64,000 nucleotides of DNA from Bugula neritina (GCA_964035545.1 OZ037765.1:13960698-14024697); one strand, 5' to 3'. Counted from the first letter of the stretch, positions 1 to 14,198 are shown. The notes: generated from the sequence alone by a model not told the origin. A program made the numbers and translations.

Positions 1-3000
1 TGTGTAAATGAGTAACTGGCTCATGAAATTATTGTAAGTTGTTGTTATTAAAAGCAAACTACCATCTCTTTAAAAGTAAATACCTCCTTTTTGCATTTGA
101 TGTTGAGTTAGTTTTATAGTTCAATCAAAATAAACTTATTGCCTATATTACCTATCAAATTAGCTAGTTTCAGCTTAGTATATTCAATGTGTGATATGTT
201 ACCAATTCAGGCGTCATGATTAAACGATCATTTTGTGTTGTTAATAACTATTATCTCCTCCATGTATATTCATCATAAAATTTTAAGCAAGTGACATGTA
301 TAAATGTAAGGACTGCATATGAATGAGCTCCAAAACTACTAGTTTTTGTAATTACAAGCATTTATTTTACCTACATCAGTTATCCAATAATATTTTATTC
401 AACAAGTTTAAACACTGTAATTTCAAAATATATTATAATTGAAATATTGATCAAGCAATAATTACAAACAATTATAGCATATGACTGTATAAACATTAAA
501 CTATAGAGCAACTCTTGAATCACAGGAATAAAAAAGTGGATATAGCAAAGTTGGCTGTAATTTAATTTAATATACAACATAATCTAATTTAAGGACTGGA
601 AGAATAGCTGTTGATAACATAGTAGAAAATATGATAAAAACAATCAATAGTCTAGTAAAACTACCAAAAAAGTGTCACATAGCTGTTCATGTGAAATGCT
701 AAACTTGGAGCATGAGCAAAATTGATTTAAAATGTCATTTATATAAAGGTGTGAATTACATTAATTAATTCTTGTTATGTGTTGCTATTACGCATATTTC
801 AAAATGACTTTTGATTTACTAATAAAAAAATAAATATTTTGCTGAAAATGTTAAAATTTTTTAAACCTGCTAGCTTTAAAGACCCTTTAACTAGTTAACA
901 AAGCTATGTTAAATTTAACCTAAATTTGGTAAAGTGTAAACACTTCTTTAATTGAGTCAGGTAAATCCATGAAATGCACTCAGACACCTAATCTTTCACC
1001 TATAATCAACTAATTAGAAAAATTTGTAGACTTCACAGCGTTGGTACCATGTAGAACAGCGGTTGCGCAGTTCATCGGACAATAGCTTGTGTTTTTAGCA
1101 ACTATAACATGTAATCTTTGGTCATGTTATTAGGTATTTTAGCCAAGTGCGTTTACATCTTTTAGTTAGTGAGTTGGGCACATCTGATAATCATTCTAAT
1201 TAATTTAAAGAAAGTGCTAAAAACCTTCCATCATTGTTGTAGGTAATTAGTAGATTGAAATTAACGGTTTATGGTCTTGCAGCATATAGCCTTACTTTTA
1301 GCTAATGCATGCAGTTTTTAATTACTTATTGCAATATCTTATTACAATGTACAATGTAGAACAAAACTGCAATAATGCAAATTTAAATGAAAATGTTTAA
1401 TAGGATTATCTAGGTGGTATACACAAACTTATTTGTTTCTGATTGATCAATTACAAACTGGGTGTTTTGACATAGCACATGGTAAACAAATTCATTACAA
1501 AGAATTATCTGAAGCTATGACATTAAAAAACTAGATACCACAAAAAAGTTACTAATTGCAACTTGCAAGTATGCAAGTGAAAACTTCTCACACGACAAAA
1601 GCTCAAGGATGATAGCACAAAGAATAGGGTAGGAAGCTCAGTTGTTATCGGCAGTGAAATAAAATAATACTTATCAATGCTTGCATGTATCTACCAATAC
1701 TGCTTATATATAAAAGCAGCAGCTTTCATTTCATATTTTAATTAACTGGTTGTTGCTAATATTTTGTATCCAATTTACTATATAAACTGGCAATTATACT
1801 CAAGTCTGTCAATTTATTTTGAAGATCTCTGCACACCAACAGTCTTTATAAGAATAGGATCAGGTGCTTGGCTCTAGATTATTATATACGTGCAACTAAT
1901 TTCTTTAATATTGCAATTAGTACACACTAACGGATGAAGTTGGTTTTATTGGGCCACAAAAATATATCCAATTATTTCTCATAAAATATTTGCTTAGGTT
2001 TTGCTAGCATGAATAATAGAGACCACATGATCTTTTCAAACCTAAAGTAAGAAGTAAAGCAGGTTTTTATATGGCAGTTATAGCACAAGCAAAACCAGAA
2101 ATATGTAACTAGTTATTCAGATGTATTGAGTGTTGAGCAAAAACAGAAAAGTAAATTGTCAAATAATATAAACTATTTGCAATTTTTGCTTCAGAGTTTG
2201 TAGGACAAACAATTTTTGTCTGCTTAAAGACTGAAATATATAATGTATGTATTCTAGAAGCTAGCCATCAAATCATCTATGATAACAGTACCTTTCTAGA
2301 TATTCATTAGTTCTGTAAAAATATATATTTTATGTATCTTTTTATTTATAAATTTATTTATAAATTGCTTATATTTACATGACATATAATAAAAATTCCA
2401 TATACAAATTTAGGCCATGGCTGCTGTTACTCCTACAAACTAGCATCATCATAACATCAAGATGTAATATTATGTAACATTGTTGTCAACACTAATAAAA
2501 TGTTACTACAAGAGGCTACATATACATTCTAACAGTTACCTATTGTGAAAAGAATATAAGATGCTCCAAGAACCTTCCAATACCACATCTACATAGCTGA
2601 TATTTGAGATTGTTTGCTAACTATGATATTCTAAATTATGAGTGCTGCTCAGCAATGATCATTGGTGTCTAAATAAGATTCTTTTTAAGTTGAATAGAAA
2701 ATGTAATTAAGACACATAAACCTAAAAAAATTAGTTGAACATTTCTGACTAGTGCAGAGAGGGCTGTCAGCTGACTAATATGTCAGCCTATGGTATACTA
2801 TGGGTTATTGGACCATATATAAATATAGTTTGTGTCTTTATAACAAATGCAGATATTAATTGTAAGGAAAATGTTCTATACTATAAATAGAGTTATAGGG
2901 CACTATCAATATACACGTAAAATATTTGGTCAGCCCAGACTTGTACAAATTATAGTTTACAGCACCATCTCAACTTTTCCTTTATTTGCCTTTTCAAGAA

Positions 3001-3440
3001 ATGAGCTCAGCATGTTAATCATATTTCTAATAGATGTGTAAAGGTTAACCTGGACAGGTTTAACATCAAAAAGTTCTTGGAGTCTTAATTACTGAATATC
3101 ATGTACAATTTATTAAAGTTTGTATTAAAATGGAAACTTAAGTTTCTATATGAATGTGATTTTTTATTATAACAATTTGGTAAAAAAGAAGCAATTGCTA
3201 TTAAATTAAACCTATGGGCAATAATATACAATAACTCATATTCAGTTTTACTGAAAAGTAATTACTGCACTGATAATTGCATATGAACTCTTAAGCAATT
3301 AATTATTTTAGTGTTTAGGTAGAAATTCACAACTTGCCTATAGCTATAATGTTCTTTTATGGAAACATAAGCTTCTAAGAAGCTGGTAAATATCATTATT
3401 AGCAAAGAATAAACTTTTTCAATTTGCTTTGTAGTAGGAT

Positions 3441-3463
3441 CACAGGATAGTTAAGGGCATCCT
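3441..3463 (+). repeat. Left terminal inverted repeat (23 bp)
   Basis: CACAGGATAGTTAAGGGCATCCT; inverted copy at 14445-14467. Confidence 0.9.
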
Positions 3464-4840
3464 CCACATAAATATGATGAATTTGTAGTCTCAGTTCTTA
3501 ATTATTATTTCTCTGTGGGTGGTGTGCGTGTTGCCTACTAATCATAATATAGCATGAGGTTTAGCCGTGACCAATAAACAGCCACATCTACTAGAGCTGC
3601 ACCTCTTCGAATTATTATTATTTGTGCAGTCAATGTTGAGTTTGCTCAGTGTCTGTGGTTAATTATCATCAATTTATCACAGGCTGCATGTATTACAACA
3701 TGGCATTCTCTTCTCATCAAGTTACAGCTCAATAATAAGCCTACTATTTGGTGATTGAAATTATATCAATTTAAATTATTATTTTTTACCCAGTTGGATT
3801 ACAGAAGCCCTCAATACTTTTTTAATCTCGTTACCTTTTGGGAAATTGTTTCAGAATGGCTATGTAACAAATAATCTAAATTGTACTCCCTTTTAAACTA
3901 AGGTTGAGATCATTGACTATTAGCTTTCTATCCATAGATGCCATTGGCATGACTGTAACACTTTCTGTGAGAGAAGGCAGTTCTAGTTCTACATCTTTTT
4001 AATCAAAGCAGCAAATAGTGATGATATGACTCATCAAACACAGTGGCCCTGCTTAGTAAGGTAGCATTGTGAAAAATACCAATATGAGAAATATAGTATG
4101 GTTATGAGTTTATGGCTAATTTCTATCCCAAACATACATATACAATGCATATTTTAGATTAACGTTTTATTTTGCTATCTATACTACAGATTTTTCAAAG
4201 CTGTTTAGTGTAAGGCAGTGTACTATATTATATTTTAAAGAACCTTTCTATTGAACGGGGATGCAAGGATGTTTTATGGCCTTGTGACTACATCACTTCA
4301 TAATCAATTATCTGTTTTAACATTTAACTAGTGTAGTGAAAATAATAAATAACATACTGGAGCCACTTGAACCTTGTAAGAAGCTCACTTCAGTGATGGT
4401 AGTTTACTTGTTAATTGGTAATTTAACTAGGTTGGTGCGTCTACGCACTATAATAGAGGGAATTTAGGAATTTAAGTCATGGGTGCTTAGGTTAAAATAT
4501 CAAAAATTTTAATTGATATAAAAATAAAAAATGCAAAACTTAAACTAATGCTAATCAACAATGCTTATATATAAACTTTCCATTATAAAACTTGTTGCCC
4601 AAATTTGGAATTAAACCACAGACATTTGGTTTTTAAGCTGATGAGCTATGACAGTCACATCAAAACTTCTAAATTCTGCCTTAACCCATTGTGGTCATAC
4701 AATTAGCTCGGGTGCTGTTTTCGATAGCTACAATTAATATTTGCTACAGCCAGACCCACACAACCTGTTGTTTTTGTGGTTGCATTACGTAGGAGCAGTT
4801 GCTGCTTGGAATTACTAAAATACAAAAATTGCGCCTTTTC

Positions 4841-4870
4841 TGACTCAGTGCAGGGTTATTCAGTTCAGTT
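4841..4870 (+). promoter_or_regulatory. Possible core promoter of the transposase (TGACTCA plus tandem TCAGTT initiator-like motifs)
   Basis: TGACTCA at 4841-4847 and TCAGTT at 4860-4865/4865-4870, just upstream of ATG 4886. These are short motifs and could be chance. Confidence 0.25.
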
Positions 4871-4885
4871 ACAAACAAGATAGCC

Positions 4886-7800
4886 ATGGGGAAAGATTAC
4901 AATGAGAATCAGTGTGGATTTTTAGCAACAATTTACTTTATACACCTTAAATCAGGTGCTGAAGTAGAGCATTTCAACAGAGAGTTTAAAGTCACAAAAG
5001 GATTAACTGCCAAGGATTATAGTAGAAAAAGAAAGCAAGCTAGTAGGCATTTCAATAACGCCCTATCCTACGTTAATAATAATAATGAGAAAGAAAAAGA
5101 TAATTTTGTTTCCTATTTCTCATTTCAAAACTTCAAGAAGCTGTCAGCAGCAAGTAAACTAAAGCACAACTACAATAATTGCCTAGAATGCGCTGAAAAC
5201 CATAGACCAATGTGGATAATGAAAAGAAGCAACAAATGCCATCTAGAGACTCCTGCTAAAACTGCTTTGAATTCTTTAAAAGCTGTATTGGACAAGACAC
5301 CGACTGAGATAACTGCTACTGTGGTGGATGATTTTGTTAGAAATGTAATAAAACCAGTCACAGAAAAATTAAAAGGAACACCCTTCTCAGCAAAGTTATC
5401 TATTGGCTCAAAGCGTAAAGCAGTGACAGTTGACGCAGTCCCTAAGAAGGTTCGCAGAGCCATCATCAAGTCTGCCAATGATGAAATGAATGATGAAACC
5501 ACTAATAAAGATTTCATATCGCTCTATGCATCTAAGCAATCACAATCAGAGTGGGATGTGCAAAGAAAACGATCATTTGGTGAAATGAGGCAAAACAGAA
5601 AGAAATCACACACCGGCAGACTAACTGATTATACATTCAATGAAATAGTTGTAAAATCAGCTTTAAAAGAAAATGAGGACATAAATTGGTCTGCTCTAAG
5701 CAAGTCAGCAAACTTGAAAAATGCCAACAATAAAGCTCCTAGAAACGCAGGCCAGGTAAGACTTAATCAAATTGTAACTACTGCTGCTAATTACTTTTTT
5801 GGCAGAGTTACCATTTTTTATTTTAAATATGTTATCTATGCAGAAAAAGTTTGACAAGATTATCACCATTACTTTATTTCATCTTTGATGGATCTTCCAA
5901 AAACATAAATTGCACACACACATAATATATACTGACATATATACACACACATAATATTTACTTACATATATACATACATACACACATAATATATATGTCA
6001 TAGAAGTTGAGCAAAAGTAATATTTGCAAATGTAGTACATCTATCATCTATGAAACAGGAGTGTATTGACTTGTTTACCAGGTTATGAAAGAAGTCGCAG
6101 AACATGTTTTGAAGCATCCTGTACAAAGAAAGCCAAAAACCCGAATATCATGGCTAAATTACAAAAATCTCAGTCTAAATATCAAACGAAAAGCTTCTGT
6201 AACTAGGCTAAAAATAAAGAAAAAGCGGATGATAGACAACGGAGAGATTGATGTTGGGAAAGCCATAGTACCAATAGAATACCAGACTGTACAAGTTCAA
6301 TCAAATGGCACATTGGTAGGTTGATTACTCCTAAAGTCAATAACTGAGCTTTTCAGCACACTTGTACTATGTTACAGTAAGTATAAAGGACTGATAATAT
6401 CATTTCTTACTTTATCTAGTTATTATTTAAAGTATTTGGTATATCATTCTTTAATTTTGCAGGTCAAATCTAAAAAAGAGGTATCTGGTAGAAAGTTCTC
6501 TCTTCTAAACATACGGAGAGATCATCTCGCCAGAATGGAAAAGCTGAAGATTTTAAGATCTGCAGCTGACATAGAAAAGATGTCTGTAGTAGATTCACTA
6601 GCTTTCCTGGAGAGAAATGGTAGGATTTGAATTAAGTATATCCAGAGGCTCATTTGTCTTTAAAACTTGTTCTACAAATAAATGATACTGATTTTCTTAA
6701 CATAATGAACAACATTCTATGACTTTTGAGATTTATGAGCTACATAAATCAAAACTAGCGCTGCAATAGCTATAGAAAACTTTATTTGAACAAAAAAAGA
6801 TATTTACAGCTAAAATGCTTGCAATGTGGAGCAAGGCTTATCTCAATATATCCATGCCTTGTGGAAATCAAAGAAGCCTCAAAATTTCTGTCATCTTTTT
6901 AGAGATAAGCTTTTTTAGACTAAGACCAAGTAAATATAGTCAATATTCCAAAGGCCCATTGCTCCGAAGGTGCATTATTCCGAAGGTGCATTAGTCTGAA
7001 AATTGGTAGATATAGTATTAAATCACTGAGAATATCATAAATTTTACTCACAATCTTGCTATATTATTGCTAGCTGTGGGTGGCGTGCGTGTGGCCTACA
7101 AGTTTGTAATTTTTTAGCCTGAAATTACGCTATGATGCTGCCTCAATTAAGGGCTCCATCATCTATCAACATTCCATTGTGGCTGCTCCATAAACTTAGT
7201 ACACAGCAAGCTATTCACTAGCCTGTCAGCTAGCAAGCCTGCAATTAGTAATCTATGCATTAGTTTCTCTTCATCTCCAAGTGTTCACTGAAGTATGAAG
7301 TGTTGTGCAAGGGTGATATAATAAGTATTTTTATTTCACAGTTCATGTAAAAATGACAGCTATAGGCAATGAACTCATAATATCCAGTTCAATGGCTATA
7401 GCGACTGCAATTCTATTCTAGCTACAGTCAGTCAGCTTATATAGGCCCTTCACACGTTGACTATTAACTGAAAAACTAAATTAAAAAATATTAAAGGAAG
7501 CAAACATTTTGGGTCTACTGTACTGCATTTATGATAAGCTTAGAAAAAGTTTACCTTGTATTTTATAAAAAATAGTTTGCATTTGAAGTTGGCGTCAAAA
7601 AATTATTGGTATTGAATGAAATAGTAAATTTCTGGCTTGGCAGTTAATTATTTAATATCACATATTTAATCTCTAAAATTATTTGTAAGCTGCTAAACTG
7701 CATTATTCTATGCTAGTATTCTTAATATCAGTAAATACGAGCATTGGGGACAAAAAATAATAAACATCTTACTCTGAAATTAAATAACCAAAGCTGCACA

Positions 7801-10800
7801 CCAAACCAAACAACCCCACAAGACATGTAGATGAGGGCAACATTATTAGTATATAAGAGTTCAGGCCCGCCAAATAAAACCTCACCTAACCTAAAATTTG
7901 AAAACCATGTTGCAGATCTTCCTGTTGCTCAGACTATGTTCAATAAATAATTTTAGTTCTAATAATAGTTCTACTAATTTTCGGACTAATGCACCTTCGG
8001 AATATTGCCCAGTCCCCCCTAAAACTACCATAAAAAATCAGTCTGGAATGCGCAATCACATTGAATGCAATTCTTTAAAATAATTACTATTCAATGTTTA
8101 GGGATAGTGGTTGGCAGTATGGACAGCCCCAAGGAACGCCTTAAAGAAGCCTCGCAAAGTAGACATATGGTTTTGTGGCATGACCATTCAGAAATTGCTG
8201 GTAAACATTTATTTATTCATGTATTTTTGTACAAAGAAATGTTAGTTACATAATCAAGCTGTTCACCAATATATCTTATATGTATTTTTTTCAGGTAAAA
8301 GCCACTACTTGTTCATGGTATGGTTTTTGTACGACCCATGTACATACTATACAGATGGAGAGTTTTCAAAGATGAACTGCAAAGTAAGCTGATAGAATTA
8401 TGCAATCTCAATATAGAACACATTTCAATTAGGGTCATCTTATTTGAATTAAAGTTGCTACAATAAGCCAAGCTCTCACTACAGTATTACAAGTGTCGTT
8501 TAGTCTTTGGTAACAGCAATTACTAATGACTAGGTGTTTTAAAGAACAAGTGTTGAAATACACCAAAATATTTTGAAACATAAATGTTTACTTTATGCTA
8601 ATTCAGGAAACACCAGTCAATGTACAATCAGTGGTGGAATCACCTTACATCTATCTACTTGCCCAATCGAACTCTTCCGTTAAGGATCAACTTCTTTATG
8701 TTCCTACTCGACTAGAAGACCTTAGAGAATTGGAGGAAAAAATTAGCTCAAAAGATGGACGAACATTTACTGACAAACTAAGATTTTTTTCTGGTGATAG
8801 TCCAGCAAGGCAACTAGAAGCTGGGCAGCAATGTGGAGGTAAGAGTGATAAACTATAAATTGTTTACACAGGATGAAATACAAGATAGCTTTTGCTACAA
8901 TAATAACAATACGTGTTTGACTTATTCCATGTATAAATTCCCCAAAAAGAATACATATTTACAAGAAACTATATTATTTATGATGAAACTTGATAAAAAC
9001 ATGCATATGTATGTTCAGGAATGTTCCCATGTATGTGTGGCACCCAAGACATTTACTTCAGTAACACTAGCAAATATAGCCAAGAAGGAGCTTTCTATAG
9101 TTCACAAGACCGCCTTCAGCTGCTCCATAAGACAAAAACATGGGAAGATGGTTTTACTAAAGGGAACCTAGCAGTCTTTCAGACAATGAAGGTATGAAAT
9201 TAAGCTGAGTTATAAATAAACACTGGTTGGGAGAAACAGGACTTCCATGTAATACATTTATATATGAGCAGCAATAATTACACTTTTTCAGACTGAAGGG
9301 CTCAGGAATGAATTGTTTCACAGAGGGGTTGCCTATTCAAGTGCAGAGAACATTTCAGGGCTAAGAAGAATTTTGAATGTTAGCCTAAAAGGTCAGAAAA
9401 TTTAGAATGATAAGTTTAAACTATATGTGGTTACAGCGTTGTCGGATGAGATACATAGAAAAAATATGGGCTGCATGAAGCCATAGTAACATAGAATAAA
9501 TCTTCATCCAATCTTAGTTTTGCATCTAGTGAAAGTAGCGATTCATTGTTATGTATAGACCCACACAAGCTACTGTGGGCGCACACATGTATATATAATC
9601 TTTATGAAAAACTTAGTTACGAATATAACTTAAGCCTCACATAAGTTTCTAAATACCTACTTTACAGGTGTGAAAAGGCCTCCTGCTCTTCTTTGTACTA
9701 AGCTGGAATCACAGATCGATATAGGCAGCTACGAAATTTCATCAATAGAACCATTACATGATCTAAAAAATGTTATCAACAAAATTTTAAAAGAACTACC
9801 TAAAGCTGCAAAGAATAAAGAACTCAAGGAAAAATTGACCAATCTTGTTTCAGACATTGAAGGTGAGTAGAGATTCTAACTTGCTAGTAGAAATTGCTAA
9901 CACACATTTTCAATATTGTCTATATCAAAATTAAATAGCCATTTCAAAAACAATTATAAACCTATACAAACATGAATTATAGCTCAAAATAGAGAAATGA
10001 AGGGAACAGAATGCCGGCTTAATTTGGTAAAAGTCACCATCATGCTACAAGATTTCCAGCACACTGAAGATGGGAGAGCCATGTACGTTATGCTAGCAGC
10101 ATTGACAGAGCTGCAAAGTTTGGCATACATGTGTGACACTAATAGATGTCCTAGAACAATCCTCAGGGCATATAATCAAAGTTTTCTTTTTGCCATTAAG
10201 TGCATGGAACTATTTGAAAACCCAGAAACTTGCACCAAGCGCGCTATGTTTGGGATGCCCTTCCATTGCCTTTCAGTGCACTTGCCTGAAACATTGAGAC
10301 TTGTTTCAGGCAGATCATTAGTAGCCGAACACGCTGAAAGGCACTTTTATAAACTAAGGTGCGTACTAAAAAATAATACTAGTACAACAGGAATTTATGC
10401 AAAGTTTGTCCACTCACTTGAAAATGAATGCAAATAGCTTACTATAGGGGTGCTGTAGAAAGAACTCAGATCTATTTAAATTCAGCCCTGATAATATTAC
10501 TGTGATATATGAAAACAGTATTGTTTTAGGGAACTAACGCTGAGGTGCTCCAATAGAAAATCGCAAAGTATTATAGCAAGTGCTATGTTTAGAATAGTGG
10601 TAGAAAGAAAGGCTGCTGATGATGCCATTACCAGCTACGGCAGACAGGAGCACACTATCTCCAATGCATGTAGTGGCCTTAGCCTAGGACATAACACCAT
10701 ATTCTCAAACAAGTAGGTCACTGTCTGATAAGTAAGAATAGTAGCTACTTTGTTGTGTATGATATTGCTACTAAACACAGGCAAATATGCTACTTAAAAG

Positions 10801-11438
10801 TCTATCACTATTTTTACACTAGTTTCCTCAAAGCTCATAGGACAGCAACACTTCACCATTTCCGACGAATTGCTGACTTTCTAGAAATTGGAGAAGGAGT
10901 TTGGTTCAAGGTACATGATGGGGGAGTAGAGTTCAAGGATGGAAAAAACTGCCCAGACAACTACAATTCAGGGCCAATATTAACTCATTTCAGGTAAATA
11001 TCTTAACTACCTATATACCACTATATATCATATATTGTATATATCATACAACAAAAGTAGACTGTTTCTTCCTAAAAATTAATCAAAGAAAATAAAATTA
11101 ATTAAAGAAAATAAGCTTCCACTTGAAGAAAATTAAATGGAAATTCTTTACAACTTGAATCTAAATTGCATGTCCTAGCTTGAAAAAAATTGCATACAAA
11201 ATTTGAACAGCTACTATCTAATTTTTATTAATTCTAAGCAGTTTGTTTTATTTAACATGTTTGGTAACCACCAGAAATTTTTTTGTTAGATCGAGAAACA
11301 TGAAAGACATTAACAACATGCTGAAGACAAGCTGGGAGTTTTGCATCAGAAATAAAAACTCATTAAAAATTCCACTTTTGTGTGACATGCTGACAGATAA
11401 GAAGACAGCTGATAAGCAAGGTAAAATATTCTTTTGAA

Positions 11439-11493
<55 letters not shown>

Positions 11494-12434
11494 GTTATTT
11501 ATATGTTAATTACAAGCAATTTGAAAAATGAGCAATAATTTTCTTCTGCCTAAAATGTCTATTGATAAAATTTTAACAGTGTCAAGAAAATATGAAGAAA
11601 TCAAGCCTGCTATAAGCAATGTGTTGAGTAGTTTGGCAAAGGACAAGCATAAAGAAGTAGAGAACTCTATTGCTGTTTCTGCATCCAATACCTTGAATGA
11701 AACAGATGAGAAGCTTGATGAATCTTCATATGTGTGTGCTGTACCATTGTTGACACAATGTAAGTAATTTTAGATGCTGCCTCCCAATTTTAAAATTACT
11801 TATCAATTTGAAATACATCAAATACACTAAGAAAAAATTATTTTAAATTGGCAGGCCAGACAGAGGTACCAAGCATTTTGCCTAAGAAACTTCAACAAAA
11901 GAACACAGTTACTGGTATGTTGCTTTAAGTATGGTTATCATACACATATAACATACTTATTTTCAGTAACATAAGTTATAGTCATTTAGATTTAGAAAAT
12001 AGAACCATGCAGCTACTATAATGACTTCAGGGCAGCCAATGCACTCACATGTAATCTGAAATAATTAGAATCACCCTGGTGTTTTACAGCATATATTTCT
12101 GCCCACCTTACTTGCAATCAGTTGCTTTTCAATTTTAGATGCTATGAGGAGTCTATGGCCTTACAGTAAAACGATTTTAGAAAGCTTTCTTTCAGCTAAA
12201 CACCGGTTCAAACAACATAACTCTTGCGTTAATAAATTAATGTTGAAATCTGCAAGCCATAAAGTAAAGCCATATTTCTTGAAATTTGTTAAAATATTAG
12301 AGGAAGAAGAAAAAGCAAAAACCATAAGCAAGTTCAGAGATAGAGGACTGATTTCTATGGAAAGTAACTCAGAAGACAATTGGAAGATTAAAATTATTAA
12401 TTATTGGTTGAATCAAATTAATGAGTTTCTATAA
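4886..12434 (+). CDS. 16-exon DDE transposase (~1181 aa), CMC/Transib/RAG1-like catalytic core
   Basis: Exons 4886-5755, 6082-6315, 6463-6619, 8102-8200, 8295-8383, 8607-8838, 9019-9191, 9292-9391, 9668-9862, 9983-10358, 10530-10712, 10823-10993, 11290-11420, 11580-11759, 11855-11914, 12139-12434. All introns are GT-AG and phase-compatible; the join is 3546 nt with no internal stop seen. Motifs: LWHDHS (D1), FFSGDSPAR (D2), GGMFPCMCG, IEPLHDLK, PFHCLSVHLP, AEHAERHF (E). Confidence 0.8.
6941..8018. mobile_element. Non-autonomous foldback/MITE-like element nested in transposase intron 3
   Basis: Left arm 6941-7010 is built of ~15-bp subrepeats (TCCGAAGGTGCATTA-like). Right arm 7970-8018 (TCTACTAATTTTCGGACTAATGCACCTTCGGAATATTG...) is its inverted counterpart. 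No coding capacity; the outermost left end looks eroded. Confidence 0.6.
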
Positions 12435-14198
12435 TAAAATTATTCGCATCCTTTTTTTCTATTTTTTTTCTAACTTTAAGAAAAATAAACCTAAATGTGA
12501 AACCAAATCAATATCAAAAGATGAAACTATTTTTTCTGAAGTGTAATTCAACATCACTAAACATGTTTGTTCTAGTTCAACATCATTATGATTAATATTA
12601 TGACATGAGTCTTACAGTTAGTGTTATTGATACTCATACTGATACTCAGTCTCATGTCGATACTCATAGCATTAGCTGATGACTTTTATTAGATACGTCA
12701 TTGCCAGTAACAAAATGAATACAAATATATAAAAAAATTAATGAATAATAATTATAATAATAATATACATTATATTAAATTAAAATAATACTAATAGTAT
12801 TAGTAATAGTAAATAATAAAAAATTATTATTAAAAATTACTAATAGTAATATATTACTATTAGTATTAGCCGTAATGCTAATACTAATAACTATAAGATC
12901 ATCACTATGAATATTATGTGAGTATTTGCTGAAAAATTTACTTACCCTGTCCCACAAAAAATACTTTCACTGTTGTATAATTCCAATCTCAGTTTGTCAC
13001 TTGGAGAGTGAGAATAATATAAACACGCAGACGGTACCCAGCTATCGCACTTTGTACACTGTATAGGTCGCGAATAATGAGCCAATGTAATGGATTCTCA
13101 TCCTCATTATTATAATTACTGTTGCGTATGTTTTGAATGCTGTAATTGTAGCTAAGTTGGGCTAGCTTTCTAATGCCTTATTATTGTGATTGTTGTTAAA
13201 GCTTTCAGTATAATGTAATTTTCATGAAATACGCATTCCAGAGTTATTTTCTCTTTCTGCTATTTTATCGTTTTGCATTAATACTGATACTGGAAATTTG
13301 TGTGGCTTTTATGAATACCTTCAATACATAGGTTGGCCTATTGAATTATTCGTTTTCCTTTGTCTACTTTTCTTTTGTTTCTGTCAAGCTTAACTTTCTT
13401 TTGTCTGTTGGAACATTCTAGATGTGAATTCTTGTGTATAAAAGCAGGCGAGTTTCCAGTATAGTTCAGACTACTACTGGAGCTCGCTGGTAGTTGGGCC
13501 CTAAGCTGTATCTGATACAATAAAGGTTATCCTTATTTGTACTCAAATACTTGGCTTATTCTCTCTAACACAAAGAGTATGTTCAGGCACTAGTTGCATT
13601 CATAACCCACAGTTTACTACACCATAAATACAGCAATTTGCTTGAAGTCTCAGTATGTTCAGGAGTGGATGTTTCATATTTTATAACCCCCCCCCCATTC
13701 AATATATAAACTCCCCATTCTAATTTTTTACTTTTGCGTTGTATTTACATGAATTATATTACGTTATTTAAATAATAATAGTTTAAGAATTATAAATATT
13801 CTGCAATTTTAGATAAAGTTACTTTTTCTAAATTAGGTTATTGTTTACTTCTCCCCCTAGCGTCACGACATCCTACGCGCTCTTTTGACATCAGTACAAT
13901 CACGCATTCAAAGCTTATCATAACATTGTCAACATTGCATTGCATAAGCAGAGAGCTAGTAGCTAGTAACTAGTAATAAGTGCGTTGGTGTCTTCTCACC
14001 TCTACGTGTTCAACGAAGCGCGAAGTGATGCGCACTGCTAATTCCTCAGGGGAAAATATAGCATTTTCAGTGTATAAATCACTAATTTATGAGAAATCTA
14101 GTAAGGTTATTGAAAAAATAAAAAAACTTACACTGGAGAAATATCTCAGGATTCCAACCGTGCAATTTTTATTCAGATACCATGTTTTACTGCTGAGA

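Noticed and set aside
3441-3485. Full RSS (heptamer-12/23 spacer-nonamer) and a bona fide ProtoRAG call
   Set aside because: No ACAAAAACC-like nonamer at either end, no 5-bp TSD, and no RAG2-like kelch ORF visible.
4638-4644. CTGATGA motifs here and at 63063-63069 as extra hammerheads
   Set aside because: No stem II-GAAA-stem III arrangement follows either motif.
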